A DNA stretch of 33,732 nt from a virus (IMGVR_UViG_3300011338_000489:1-33732); one strand, 5' to 3'. Positions 1 to 7,990 are shown, counted from the stretch's first letter. The notes: generated by a model from the sequence alone, not told the origin. Numbers and translations: made by a program.

Positions 1-127
1 CCACCATTGCCATCATTTGGTCAACCTGCTACACAGCCAACTGTAAGCGGTAAATCTGCATTTAATATTCCATTGCCATCTGGATTACCGCCAGAATTGC
101 AAAGTACGCAAACAATGCCAGAGCAGC
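1..127. repeat. Terminal direct repeat copy 1 (127 bp, circular assembly overlap)
   Basis: Bases 1-127 (ccaccattgcc...gccagagcagc) are identical to 33606-33732. Confidence 0.97.
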
Positions 128-786
128 CACAGGGCAAACCGAGTGGAATATTTAGAACGAAGCCAGAGAAGAAAATGTCCGAAAAGGACGAATTAACATA
201 TAGAACTCAAATAGCCAATGATTATGGTGCTTTGGAAAGCGTAAAGAGTGGCACAGTACAAATTAAAAATGCTGTTAACGAGTTACTTAAAAACGAAAAA
301 GGAGTGCAAGGAATTACTGGTTTTCAAACTGATATTTATAGTTTTCCTAATAGCGCAGCCGCAAAAGCTGAGGTTGCATTGCAAGCGGTAAAAGGAAAAA
401 TTACAAAATTAGGAAAAGATGCAGCCTCGCAAAGTGGCGCACTTGGTGCTATATCTAGAGACGAATGGAAAATTATGTCAGATATGGTTGCTGCAATTGA
501 CCCAAGAAAAGGGAAAGATGCGTTTGTTAAGCAGATCAACAATGTTGTTGAATATGCCGAAGATGTAGAAAAAAGAATGAATGATGTATATAGAAGACAA
601 TATGAGCAAGATTTTCAAAAATACCCACAATTTAGTCCGAATAAATCAAGTAATGCGGCTTCAACCAACACCGGCAAAGTAATGACTATGGCTGATGTGC
701 AAGTAACGGCTTTAAATAAAAAAATATCTATTGATGATGTTATAAAAAAAGCTAAAGCAGCTGGATATGAAATAAGGGGGCAATGA
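1..786 (+). CDS. C-terminal part of a DNA ejection/internal virion protein. The gene starts at 32964 and spans the junction (~475 aa in total).
   Basis: 32964+642=33606, which equals position 1, so the frame continues (PPLPSF...). It lies between two other ejection-like genes. The TTG start at 7 is a linearisation artefact. Confidence 0.8.
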   Translation, partial: PPLPSFGQPATQPTVSGKSAFNIPLPSGLPPELQSTQTMPEQPQGKPSGIFRTKPEKKMSEKDELTYRTQIANDYGALESVKSGTVQIKNAVNELLKNEKGVQGITGFQTDIYSFPNSAAAKAEVALQAVKGKITKLGKDAASQSGALGAISRDEWKIMSDMVAAIDPRKGKDAFVKQINNVVEYAEDVEKRMNDVYRRQYEQDFQKYPQFSPNKSSNAASTNTGKVMTMADVQVTALNKKISIDDVIKKAKAAGYEIRGQ

Positions 787-2681
787 TGGCTGGTCGTGAT
801 TTTTCTGCTGAGTTATTTCCTGAAGGCGCACCACAAGGAAAAGATTTTTCTAGTGAGTTATTTCCTGAAGGTGAGCAGCCACAAAGAGGATTTTTTAATC
901 AAGCTGCAAGAAATATTGTGGGTGGCGGCCTTGGTGGTGCTGGCGCTATTGGCTCAACCTTAATGCAAATTTTACCTACCGCATTAGGTGGAGATACAGC
1001 GGCTGAAAATGTAGAAAGACGTAAAAGGCTTGAAGAAAACGCACGAATGTTATTAGGATCGGATACTGATTCCACTGGTTATTCAATAGGCAAATTTGGT
1101 GCCGAAGCGCTTGGCACTGCTGGAACTGGTGGTTTATTGGCAAAAGGTGCGGCGTTAATTCCTGCGGTTGCAAAATATGCGCCTACATTCATTAACGCGT
1201 TAAAAGGTGCAGAGGCGCCAATTAAAGCAAGAATAGCCGCAGGAGCAACATCCGGTTATGCTGGTAGTGCGTTGACGAATTTAGATGATGGAACTGTAGG
1301 GGGCATTATTGGTGGCTCTTTGCCTATTGCAGGTGCGGCAACTAGAAAATTAGGTGAAGCCGCAATGAGTGCAATTCGCCCACTTTATGGTAGTGGTCAA
1401 GATGTAATAATTAAAAAAGCATTATTGGACGTAGCTACGAAACCGCAAGCATTAGCTAGTGCAAATGATTTTCAAGGTGTAATACCCGAATCAATCCCAA
1501 CAAGTATCATGAATTTGGGCGATGCCGGACTTGCTGGATTGGGTAGAACAATGCAAAGCGTAAACCCTTCTTATGCTGCCGAATTATTAAATAGAACAAG
1601 GCAGCAAAATGCAGCAAGAACCGATTTTTTGCAAAATTTAGCAGGTAATGATGCAAAAATTAATTTAGCAAAAGAAACAAGAAAAGAAATTACAGACCCA
1701 CTACGGGAATCTATTTTAAATAATATAGATTTTGTTGATGCAAATAAAATAATTAATAATATAGATAATTTAATAAAAGACCCTAAAAACGCAAAAGAAT
1801 TAGCGCAAAAGGCATTAAATAAATTTAAAAATAGAATTTCTGAATATACGGAAGATGGAAAAATAAACCCATACGCATTAAATGCTATTAGAACAGATAT
1901 TAATGACGCGCTAGAAAATAAAGTTCCTACTGAAATGGGTAGTTTATTATTTGCAAAAAAACAGTTAAGAAGTATAAAAAGTTACATTGATGACGCTATT
2001 GATTTAGCTAGTAGAAAAGTAAATCAATCAACATCAACAGATGTCGGGTTTTATACTGGCGGAAAATTATCAACAAAAATAATGCCTGAAATGCAGCCAA
2101 TTACAACATGGGGAGATTATTTAAAGACTTACACAGAAATGAGTAAGCCAATTAATCAAATGGAAGCAATGTCAGACATATTAAAAAAAGTCCAGACTAA
2201 TACTGTGGATGAATTTGGTAATTACACATTAAGTTCATCACAATTAAATAAAATATTAAAAAATGATACTAAAGATTTAAAAAGAACATTAACTAATGAG
2301 CAATTAAATTCATTAAGACAACTTGCGGGTGATTTAAATGCTTCACAGTTAGCGGCCTCATCTGGTAAGGCTGTAGGGCAAGATACCGCGCAAAAATTGG
2401 CGTCTCAAAATCTTTTAACATCTGCATTGGGTAGTAGGTTGGGCGGATCAACTGCAACAAAGTCATTGCTGCAAGGAGCGTTAAATATTGGCTATGCCGT
2501 TCCAAACAGATTGATAATGGAAAAAATGGGAAATGCGTTATTAAATCCAGAAGAAATGGTTAGAATTGCAAAAACAAAAGAGGGAAGTAAATTCCTTAAA
2601 ATGTTATCTAGTGGCTCTAGTGATTTATTGCGCTTAACGGCGCCACAAATTGGATCATCAATAATAAACCAAAATGACTAA
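783..2681 (+). CDS. Large DNA ejection/transfer protein (positional equivalent of P22 gp16/gp20)
   Basis: 632 aa with a Gly/Ala-rich, membrane-like N-terminal part (GGGLGGAGAIG, GGIIGGSLP) and a helical C-terminal part. It is the last large gene of the podovirus tail module. Confidence 0.7.
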   Translation: MMAGRDFSAELFPEGAPQGKDFSSELFPEGEQPQRGFFNQAARNIVGGGLGGAGAIGSTLMQILPTALGGDTAAENVERRKRLEENARMLLGSDTDSTGYSIGKFGAEALGTAGTGGLLAKGAALIPAVAKYAPTFINALKGAEAPIKARIAAGATSGYAGSALTNLDDGTVGGIIGGSLPIAGAATRKLGEAAMSAIRPLYGSGQDVIIKKALLDVATKPQALASANDFQGVIPESIPTSIMNLGDAGLAGLGRTMQSVNPSYAAELLNRTRQQNAARTDFLQNLAGNDAKINLAKETRKEITDPLRESILNNIDFVDANKIINNIDNLIKDPKNAKELAQKALNKFKNRISEYTEDGKINPYALNAIRTDINDALENKVPTEMGSLLFAKKQLRSIKSYIDDAIDLASRKVNQSTSTDVGFYTGGKLSTKIMPEMQPITTWGDYLKTYTEMSKPINQMEAMSDILKKVQTNTVDEFGNYTLSSSQLNKILKNDTKDLKRTLTNEQLNSLRQLAGDLNASQLAASSGKAVGQDTAQKLASQNLLTSALGSRLGGSTATKSLLQGALNIGYAVPNRLIMEKMGNALLNPEEMVRIAKTKEGSKFLKMLSSGSSDLLRLTAPQIGSSIINQND

Positions 2682-3153
2682 CAAAATAACTTTAAGATTC
2701 ACCACAAAATGGCCACCTAATCCGATTAGTAAAATTATTGGCTTTTTTGGTGGATCGAAGTTATTTTCGCATTGTTTTATTATTATAGACAACCTTGCTT
2801 ACGAATCAACAATGATATACGGATGTAGGGTTGTCGATCTAAAAATTGCGATGAAAGGAGTTGCATATTATCAAGATATGACAATTCCAATTAAAAACAA
2901 AAAATTAGCTATTAAGTTTGGTGACCTGCAAAACGGGAAAGCATACGATTACGCAGGCGCATTTGGTTTGCCGTTTTTATCATCTGAAAATTGGGCTGAC
3001 GATGACAAGTGGTGGTGCAGTGAGCACAATTTTATGATGCTTGGCGCTGGTGGAGTTTGGCTACTTGACCCAGAAGTATATAAAAGAATTACTCCAGCGC
3101 ATTTATTGATGTGTAATTATCCGAAGTCAAAAATTAAAAAATATGTTGAATAA
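2674..3153 (+). CDS. Permuted papain-like (NlpC/P60 superfamily, YiiX/YaeF-type) enzyme
   Basis: His motif FSHCFII precedes GKAYDY and the Cys motif KWWCSE, the permuted H...C order typical of this family. Confidence 0.75.
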   Translation: MTNKITLRFTTKWPPNPISKIIGFFGGSKLFSHCFIIIDNLAYESTMIYGCRVVDLKIAMKGVAYYQDMTIPIKNKKLAIKFGDLQNGKAYDYAGAFGLPFLSSENWADDDKWWCSEHNFMMLGAGGVWLLDPEVYKRITPAHLLMCNYPKSKIKKYVE

Positions 3154-3164
3154 TTTAATAAAAC

Positions 3165-3196
3165 CATCCTTGTGACGTTGCGAGCGCACAAGGATG
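3165..3196. terminator. Hairpin, probable intrinsic terminator (U-tract on minus strand)
   Basis: CATCCTTGTG (3165-3174) pairs with CACAAGGATG (3187-3196). The minus strand continues GTTTTATT. Confidence 0.5.
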
Positions 3197-3299
3197 TATT
3201 GCAAGTTCATCCAACCACGGATTTTACCACTAACTTTTAATAATTATGCGCTGAATTAATTAAGTGCATAACTGTCAAATTTAACGGGTAGGGGTAGAC

Positions 3300-3647
3300 A
3301 TGGTTTTTAAAAAGAAAATAGAAACAGAGGATGAAATGAGTCAAAAAACCAAAGAGTGGTTATCGCAATTTACCGACTGGGCAATGAAATTAATGATTGT
3401 CGGGATTTTTGGGTTTGGTTACAACATGCACCGAACGCAAAATGAAATGGTTACCCAGATGGCTCTTAATATGCAAAGTAATGAAGCGCGTGTTCTTGCA
3501 GTTGAAAAAGATGTGCAATTTATTAAGGCTAACATGGTATCAAATGAGCGATTTTTGGATGTGCTTAAGAGAGTAGAGCAACAATTAACAATTGTATTGC
3601 TACAATCTGGAATTAAGCAAAAAATTGCGTTGGTTGACGAAAAATGA
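3300..3647 (+). CDS. Single-TM membrane protein with coiled coil, putative holin/antiholin (alternative start 3336)
   Basis: Hydrophobic WAMKLMIVGIFGFGY segment. It overlaps the endolysin start (ATGA). Confidence 0.5.
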   Translation: MVFKKKIETEDEMSQKTKEWLSQFTDWAMKLMIVGIFGFGYNMHRTQNEMVTQMALNMQSNEARVLAVEKDVQFIKANMVSNERFLDVLKRVEQQLTIVLLQSGIKQKIALVDEK

Positions 3648-4063
3648 TTAATTCACGAGATTTAAGCGCATTATTGCCTGTTGTTGGAGGTAAAGCAATT
3701 GCGTTCATAGATGGTTGTAAGGCTGTAGGAATCGATGTTTTAATTACATGCACTTATCGAGACGATGAGTCACAAAATGCGCTATATGCGCAAGGCAGGA
3801 CGGCACCAGGCAAGATTGTCACTAATGCGAAAGCTGGCGAATCATGGCATAACCATCGGTGCGCCTTTGACTTTGTGCCAATAGTTAATGGTAAAGCACA
3901 GTGGAGTGATTTGAATTTATTTAAGCGATGTGGTGAGATAGCTGAATCTGTAGGTCTTGAGTGGTCAGGTAGGTGGAAAGGCAAGTTCAGGGAAATGGCG
4001 CATTGCCAATATACAGGCGGGTTGACTTTGGCTGATTTACAAAATGGCAAGGTAATAAAATGA
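3644..4063 (+). CDS. Endolysin, peptidase M15 family (L-Ala-D-Glu peptidase-like)
   Basis: TYRDDESQNALYAQGRT, SWHNHRCAFD and EMAHCQ match the Zn-binding motifs of M15C endolysins. Confidence 0.9.
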   Translation: MINSRDLSALLPVVGGKAIAFIDGCKAVGIDVLITCTYRDDESQNALYAQGRTAPGKIVTNAKAGESWHNHRCAFDFVPIVNGKAQWSDLNLFKRCGEIAESVGLEWSGRWKGKFREMAHCQYTGGLTLADLQNGKVIK

Positions 4064-4269
4064 AATTAATCGACGAATGGAAGTCTGCATGGCGTTATCT
4101 TAGCGTCCAAGCCAATGCAATTGGTAGTGCAATGGCTATTGGCTACGCAAGCATGTACGATCATTTAAAAGAGAATTTTCCACCTGAATATATGGCAGGA
4201 ATAACCGCTATTGTGTTTGTGCTTGGAATCATTGGGCGTTTAGTATCACAACAAAAAGACAAGTCATGA
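4060..4269 (+). CDS. Holin (two predicted TM segments)
   Basis: 69 aa starting MKLIDEWKSAWRYLSVQ, with two hydrophobic stretches and a basic C-terminus. It lies between endolysin and Rz. Confidence 0.75.
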   Translation: MKLIDEWKSAWRYLSVQANAIGSAMAIGYASMYDHLKENFPPEYMAGITAIVFVLGIIGRLVSQQKDKS

Positions 4270-4775
4270 TTGCGCTCATTTTTTCTTTTTTGCGAAATAT
4301 TAACCCACGCGTTTATTTTGGCATTGTTTTGTGTATCGCTATGCTATACGGGTTCCATATTTTCAAAACGCGATATATAGAGCAAGGAAAAGCACTTATA
4401 TATCAAGAATGGAAAATAGCAGATTTAAAACGTAAAGAGCAAGAGAATAGTGATCGCATTGCAGAGCAACAGCACCAAGCGGCAATTAATCAACAAGTAA
4501 AAAAGGAATTAGAAAATGAAATCAATCAAATACATACTTCCTACGCTAATCTTAAGCGGTTGCGCCTGTCAAAATCCACCTGCGTTCAATCTGACAGCGT
4601 TACCACTGCCGCAGGCTCCAGCATCGCTAATGAAGCCACTACCGGAACCATTGCACTTCCTGAACCGATTGAACGAAATCTTTACGAATTAATGCACGAA
4701 GCCGATTCTATGTTGGCTGATTATCGTGCATTGCAAGAATTTATAAAAAAAAATAATTTAACACCACAATTTTGA
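4266..4775 (+). CDS. Rz: Inner-membrane spanin (i-spanin)
   Basis: N-terminal TM, then a helical/coiled-coil region and a C-terminal ALQEFI. It contains a nested lipoprotein ORF. Confidence 0.85.
   Translation: MIALIFSFLRNINPRVYFGIVLCIAMLYGFHIFKTRYIEQGKALIYQEWKIADLKRKEQENSDRIAEQQHQAAINQQVKKELENEINQIHTSYANLKRLRLSKSTCVQSDSVTTAAGSSIANEATTGTIALPEPIERNLYELMHEADSMLADYRALQEFIKKNNLTPQF
4516..4692 (+). CDS. Rz1: Outer-membrane lipoprotein spanin (o-spanin) nested in Rz in the +1 frame; not in the ORF track
   Basis: MKSIKYILPTLILSGCACQNPPAFNLTALPLPQAPASLMKPLPEPLHFLNRLNEIFTN has a lipobox LSGC and a Pro-rich mature part. RBS AAGGA lies upstream. Confidence 0.9.
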   Translation: MKSIKYILPTLILSGCACQNPPAFNLTALPLPQAPASLMKPLPEPLHFLNRLNEIFTN

Positions 4776-4784
4776 TTGATTAAC

Positions 4785-5108
4785 ATGAAAAACTTATTGC
4801 TTATTATTATCTTTTTGCAAGCCATCTTGCTATATAAAACAGTTGAAGCGGCAGATACGTGCGCAATAAAACGAGATAAAAACGGACGCATTGTAAGAAG
4901 TAGTAAAGCCGTGTCCGACTTTAAAAAACAGAATGTATGCCCAAGCACTGGAAAGATTGAAAAAAGCTGTAAGGGCTATATAATTGACCACGTAGTACCG
5001 CTTGCATGTTGCGGGAAAGATGCGCCTAGCAACATGCAGTGGCAAACATTAGCGGAGTCAAAAGAGAAAGACAAATGGGAACGAAAACAATGCGGAACTG
5101 CGGATTAA
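4785..5108 (+). CDS. HNH-type endonuclease with a predicted N-terminal signal peptide
   Basis: IIDHVVPLACCGKDAPSNMQWQ is an HNH core. The N-terminus MKNLLLIIIFLQAILLYKTVEA ends in V-x-A. The ATG at 4785 is preferred over the TTG at 4776. Confidence 0.75.
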   Translation: MKNLLLIIIFLQAILLYKTVEAADTCAIKRDKNGRIVRSSKAVSDFKKQNVCPSTGKIEKSCKGYIIDHVVPLACCGKDAPSNMQWQTLAESKEKDKWERKQCGTAD

Positions 5109-5563
5109 ATTTGTTTAAACGTTCTTAATAATTCGCTTAATTCTTCATTTGTAATTCTAGCTATATATTTTTTAGATAGTTCATCTCTTTGCGATTTAAT
5201 GCAATTTGGTTCTGTGCATGTGTAATCGCACCAGTGATAATCTTTTTCTGGATTATTAACTACCTGTTCGGCTTGGCTTTTCTGGCAATCAGTTAATTTT
5301 TTTGGTTTTTGCAAACTATTGGAAATTAATGCAGCGTAACCTTCAATATCATGCCAAGAATCAAAATTATTTGAATTTCCATTTATAATTCTAGCAATTT
5401 TATGTACAATCATTTCCAATGATTCTTTTTTGTCATGCGTTAAAGTTGACCAATTTTTGGAACTACGCATGACGTTTTTTAATGCCTGCGATATTGTTGA
5501 CTGACCAGAATAATTACCATATTCAGACGATCTTTCCTGTATTGTATCTTTAATATTCTTCAT
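5105..5563 (-). CDS. DUF6378-like phage protein (possibly nucleotide-metabolism associated)
   Basis: The ER...YG, HKIARIING and DSWHDIEGYA motifs recur in this phage family. Confidence 0.65.
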   Translation of the reverse strand: MKNIKDTIQERSSEYGNYSGQSTISQALKNVMRSSKNWSTLTHDKKESLEMIVHKIARIINGNSNNFDSWHDIEGYAALISNSLQKPKKLTDCQKSQAEQVVNNPEKDYHWCDYTCTEPNCIKSQRDELSKKYIARITNEELSELLRTFKQI

Positions 5564-5803
5564 TTAATCCTCAAAATATTCTGTAAGTTCTTTTAGCATT
5601 TCAATTAATTGTAAACAATCATCTAAGTCCATTTCCCCTACACATTCAAGTAATATTCGTTTGCCTTTAAAGGTTTTAATAAGACTAATGTTGGTGCGTG
5701 AATTATCTGTATAAAAATCTTGATTCTGTTTTAATTGTGGCTTTACATTCTCATACTCAAGATTTTTTTGTTTTTCAAGCATTTTTAAAATGTGTTTATT
5801 CAT
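5564..5803 (-). CDS. Hypothetical protein
   Basis: 79-aa ORF tightly packed in the leftward operon. Confidence 0.6.
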   Translation of the reverse strand: MNKHILKMLEKQKNLEYENVKPQLKQNQDFYTDNSRTNISLIKTFKGKRILLECVGEMDLDDCLQLIEMLKELTEYFED

Positions 5804-6138
5804 TTACTCTCTCCAATTTTTGCGGCAGCTAAAACAATTGCGCGGCGAGCAGCTACGTAATCTTCATCAATCACTTTATTTTCATTTTTCCCAGAATGTA
5901 CAGCAGGAAAGTTAACATCCTTATCCACGTCGGTGCAGTATGTATAACCTGATGCAACTTGGTCATTGCATACAGTTAATTGCAACTTCACAGCCAACCT
6001 AAACGCATCACCATCACTTAGTAGAGGGTTCCAGTTCAAATGCGGTATGTCAAAAATACAATTAAATTCATTACTCCAATATTCTGCAGCTTTCGCAGCC
6101 AACTCTAACAATTCGCGATCTGTTTTGGTTTTCATCAC
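5800..6138 (-). CDS. Conserved phage hypothetical protein (TDRELLELAAKA / WNPL..DGDAFRLAVKL family)
   Basis: Motifs are familiar from proteobacterial phage early genes. ATGA overlaps occur on both sides. Confidence 0.7.
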   Translation of the reverse strand: MMKTKTDRELLELAAKAAEYWSNEFNCIFDIPHLNWNPLLSDGDAFRLAVKLQLTVCNDQVASGYTYCTDVDKDVNFPAVHSGKNENKVIDEDYVAARRAIVLAAAKIGESK

Positions 6139-6359
6139 TTCGCCTTGTCTTTTAGTATTGCATCCTTCTTCCCTTGCTCGTATGATTCTTTAAGTTTAGC
6201 GTCTATGTAAGCAACAAGATTTTTATAATTCTTAGATTCTAATTTGTAATCAAACGCTAATACTAGAAAATCTACGTCATCAATTGTTAATTTTTCCACA
6301 TTCTCCCTTTTACATCCTGATTTTTTGCAATCTCCGCCGCAGCTTGAACATTGATTCAT
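6135..6359 (-). CDS. Hypothetical protein with an N-terminal Cys cluster (CSSC..C...C)
   Basis: 74 aa, packed in the operon. Confidence 0.6.
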   Translation of the reverse strand: MNQCSSCGGDCKKSGCKRENVEKLTIDDVDFLVLAFDYKLESKNYKNLVAYIDAKLKESYEQGKKDAILKDKAK

Positions 6360-6695
6360 TTATTCTTTGTCTACTAATATCATTTGAACTTCACCACATG
6401 CAAATTTATCTTTTGATCTAAGATATTCTAGGTTAGATTTTAAATAATCTGGAATCATCATTAATACAGTAGAGTCAGTTAATTTATATGGATACGTCCA
6501 CATTTTGCGTTTATTTGGTTTCATGCGCAAGTTAGATGACTCATATGATTTATGATAGACAATTCCGTTAACCTCGACTAAAACAAGATCTCCTTTTTTG
6601 TTTACGCCAATAAAATAGCAGTCTTTCCATATACCAGAAATTTGTACTTGCACAGCATCGCCACGTTTTGCGGCGTCTAAATTAAATTTGCTCAT
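6360..6695 (-). CDS. Hypothetical protein, paralog B of a tandem pair
   Basis: MSKFNLDAAKRGD...VQMILVDKE shares both termini with the upstream gene. Confidence 0.75.
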   Translation of the reverse strand: MSKFNLDAAKRGDAVQVQISGIWKDCYFIGVNKKGDLVLVEVNGIVYHKSYESSNLRMKPNKRKMWTYPYKLTDSTVLMMIPDYLKSNLEYLRSKDKFACGEVQMILVDKE

Positions 6696-7046
6696 TTATT
6701 CCTCGTCTACTAATATCATTTGGACTGAACCAGCAACAACATGAATTACAGTCGCAGCAGCGCTTCTTTCGGCATTTTCTTTTGTATCTTCCGGTGACGA
6801 AATAAATAAACTTCCACCCGACCAGTGCGGATAACACCACATTTCACGCTGTTTTGGTTTCATGCGTATTGTTTCGCTATCAATTGGCAAGAATCGTATA
6901 TCGGAGTAAAGACCTACATTTTCTTGAAAAACAGCATAAGTGCCAGTCCTATTTAAACCTATAAAATGAGTATCTATCCAATTATCATTTTTAAGAATCT
7001 GCACCACATCGCCACGTTTTGCTGCTTCTAAATTAAATTTGCTCAT
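6696..7046 (-). CDS. Hypothetical protein, paralog A of a tandem pair (start corrected to 7046)
   Basis: MSKFNLEAAKRGD...VQMILVDEE. RBS AAGGA lies upstream of the ATG at 7046. Confidence 0.75.
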   Translation of the reverse strand: MSKFNLEAAKRGDVVQILKNDNWIDTHFIGLNRTGTYAVFQENVGLYSDIRFLPIDSETIRMKPKQREMWCYPHWSGGSLFISSPEDTKENAERSAAATVIHVVAGSVQMILVDEE

Positions 7047-7050
7047 GTTG

Positions 7051-7359
7051 TTATCCTTTAAAATCAGGCCATGCAATTGTAAAAATATCGTCCATTTGTT
7101 GCGCGAGTGATATTATTTTTTGCGTACATATGGCTATTTGATCAATAATTGAATTAGCTGAATTCAAAAGATCATCAACATTTTGCGGTACATCATTAAA
7201 TTTTGGCTGCATTCTTGCGCATATCAAAGTTGTGCAAGACGTTAAACTTTGATTTAAATCGCACAATATTTTCTTTTGTAATTTTTGCTCCTTCAATAAT
7301 ATTGAATATTTGCCTTTTGCAATTAAAATATCGTCACTGTAACTTTTAAAATCTATCAT
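7051..7359 (-). CDS. Hypothetical helical protein
   Basis: 102-aa ORF in the leftward operon. Confidence 0.6.
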   Translation of the reverse strand: MIDFKSYSDDILIAKGKYSILLKEQKLQKKILCDLNQSLTSCTTLICARMQPKFNDVPQNVDDLLNSANSIIDQIAICTQKIISLAQQMDDIFTIAWPDFKG

Positions 7360-7404
7360 AATTTTTGTTTGCTAATTAAATAATTTGAATTCCGGTGTTA
7401 AACT

Positions 7405-7587
7405 TTACCTAGGCACTGATAGCGACCGCGACGCCAATTTTGAAAACGAACGCGACAATGACACCGAACTCGACTTTGATGCCGAACGCGATTTAGAACG
7501 CGACCACGACCCTGAGCACGAACATGATACTGAACTTGACAGTAAACATGAACGCAACCACCCTGCACGTAAAATAGATTGATTCAT
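7405..7587 (-). CDS. Ser/Arg-rich low-complexity peptide (60 aa)
   Basis: Its start overlaps the upstream stop (ATGA at 7584-7587). Ser occupies roughly every second residue (SCSCSGSWSRSKSRSASKS). Confidence 0.6.
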   Translation of the reverse strand: MNQSILRAGWLRSCLLSSSVSCSCSGSWSRSKSRSASKSSSVSLSRSFSKLASRSLSVPR

Positions 7588-7925
7588 TTTTGCATCCTCG
7601 GTAATGGTTTATCTAACATTACTGCATCCATTAAGCCACCGCGCCCTATGATTACGCGTCGATTGTCTGGGTATGGCTCACATTCACGCACCGCGCCATT
7701 TTCTACAAATTGCATAAACCGTTCAGTTTCTGGAATCCATGCAGCATCAATTAACACAAGTTCTGTTGCGCCAACATCAACAAGCTGTCCTGTATAAATC
7801 ATTGTTACTGTTCTAATAATATAATTTTTTCCAATTTCAAAGAAATGTTGTGTTGGTGCTGGTTCTTTATTAAACATGGCTGCTAATTCTTTTGCTTGAC
7901 CAATTGTCATATCGTTGATGTTCAT
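7584..7925 (-). CDS. Sm/Lsm-like fold phage protein (DUF6948-like); start corrected to 7925
   Basis: IGKNYIIRT..IYTGQLVDV...ELVLIDAAWI...VIIGRGGL resembles the Sm1/Sm2 motifs. RBS AGGA precedes MNINDMTIG. Confidence 0.6.
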   Translation of the reverse strand: MNINDMTIGQAKELAAMFNKEPAPTQHFFEIGKNYIIRTVTMIYTGQLVDVGATELVLIDAAWIPETERFMQFVENGAVRECEPYPDNRRVIIGRGGLMDAVMLDKPLPRMQK

Positions 7926-7949
7926 TTTTATTCCTAATTGTGTAAAGTT

Positions 7950-7990
7950 AAAAAAAGCCGAATTCGGACTACGCGTAACGCGCATTCGGC
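7950..7990 (-). terminator. Intrinsic terminator/attenuator downstream of ssb
   Basis: The minus strand has a GCCGAAT...ATTCGGC stem followed by a 7-T run, with an inner GCGCG/CGCGT hairpin. Confidence 0.65.

Noticed and set aside
7385-7582. Plus-strand D/E/H/R periodic ORF
   Set aside because: It is the antisense shadow of the Ser/Arg peptide, has a TTG start without an RBS, and opposes the operon direction.
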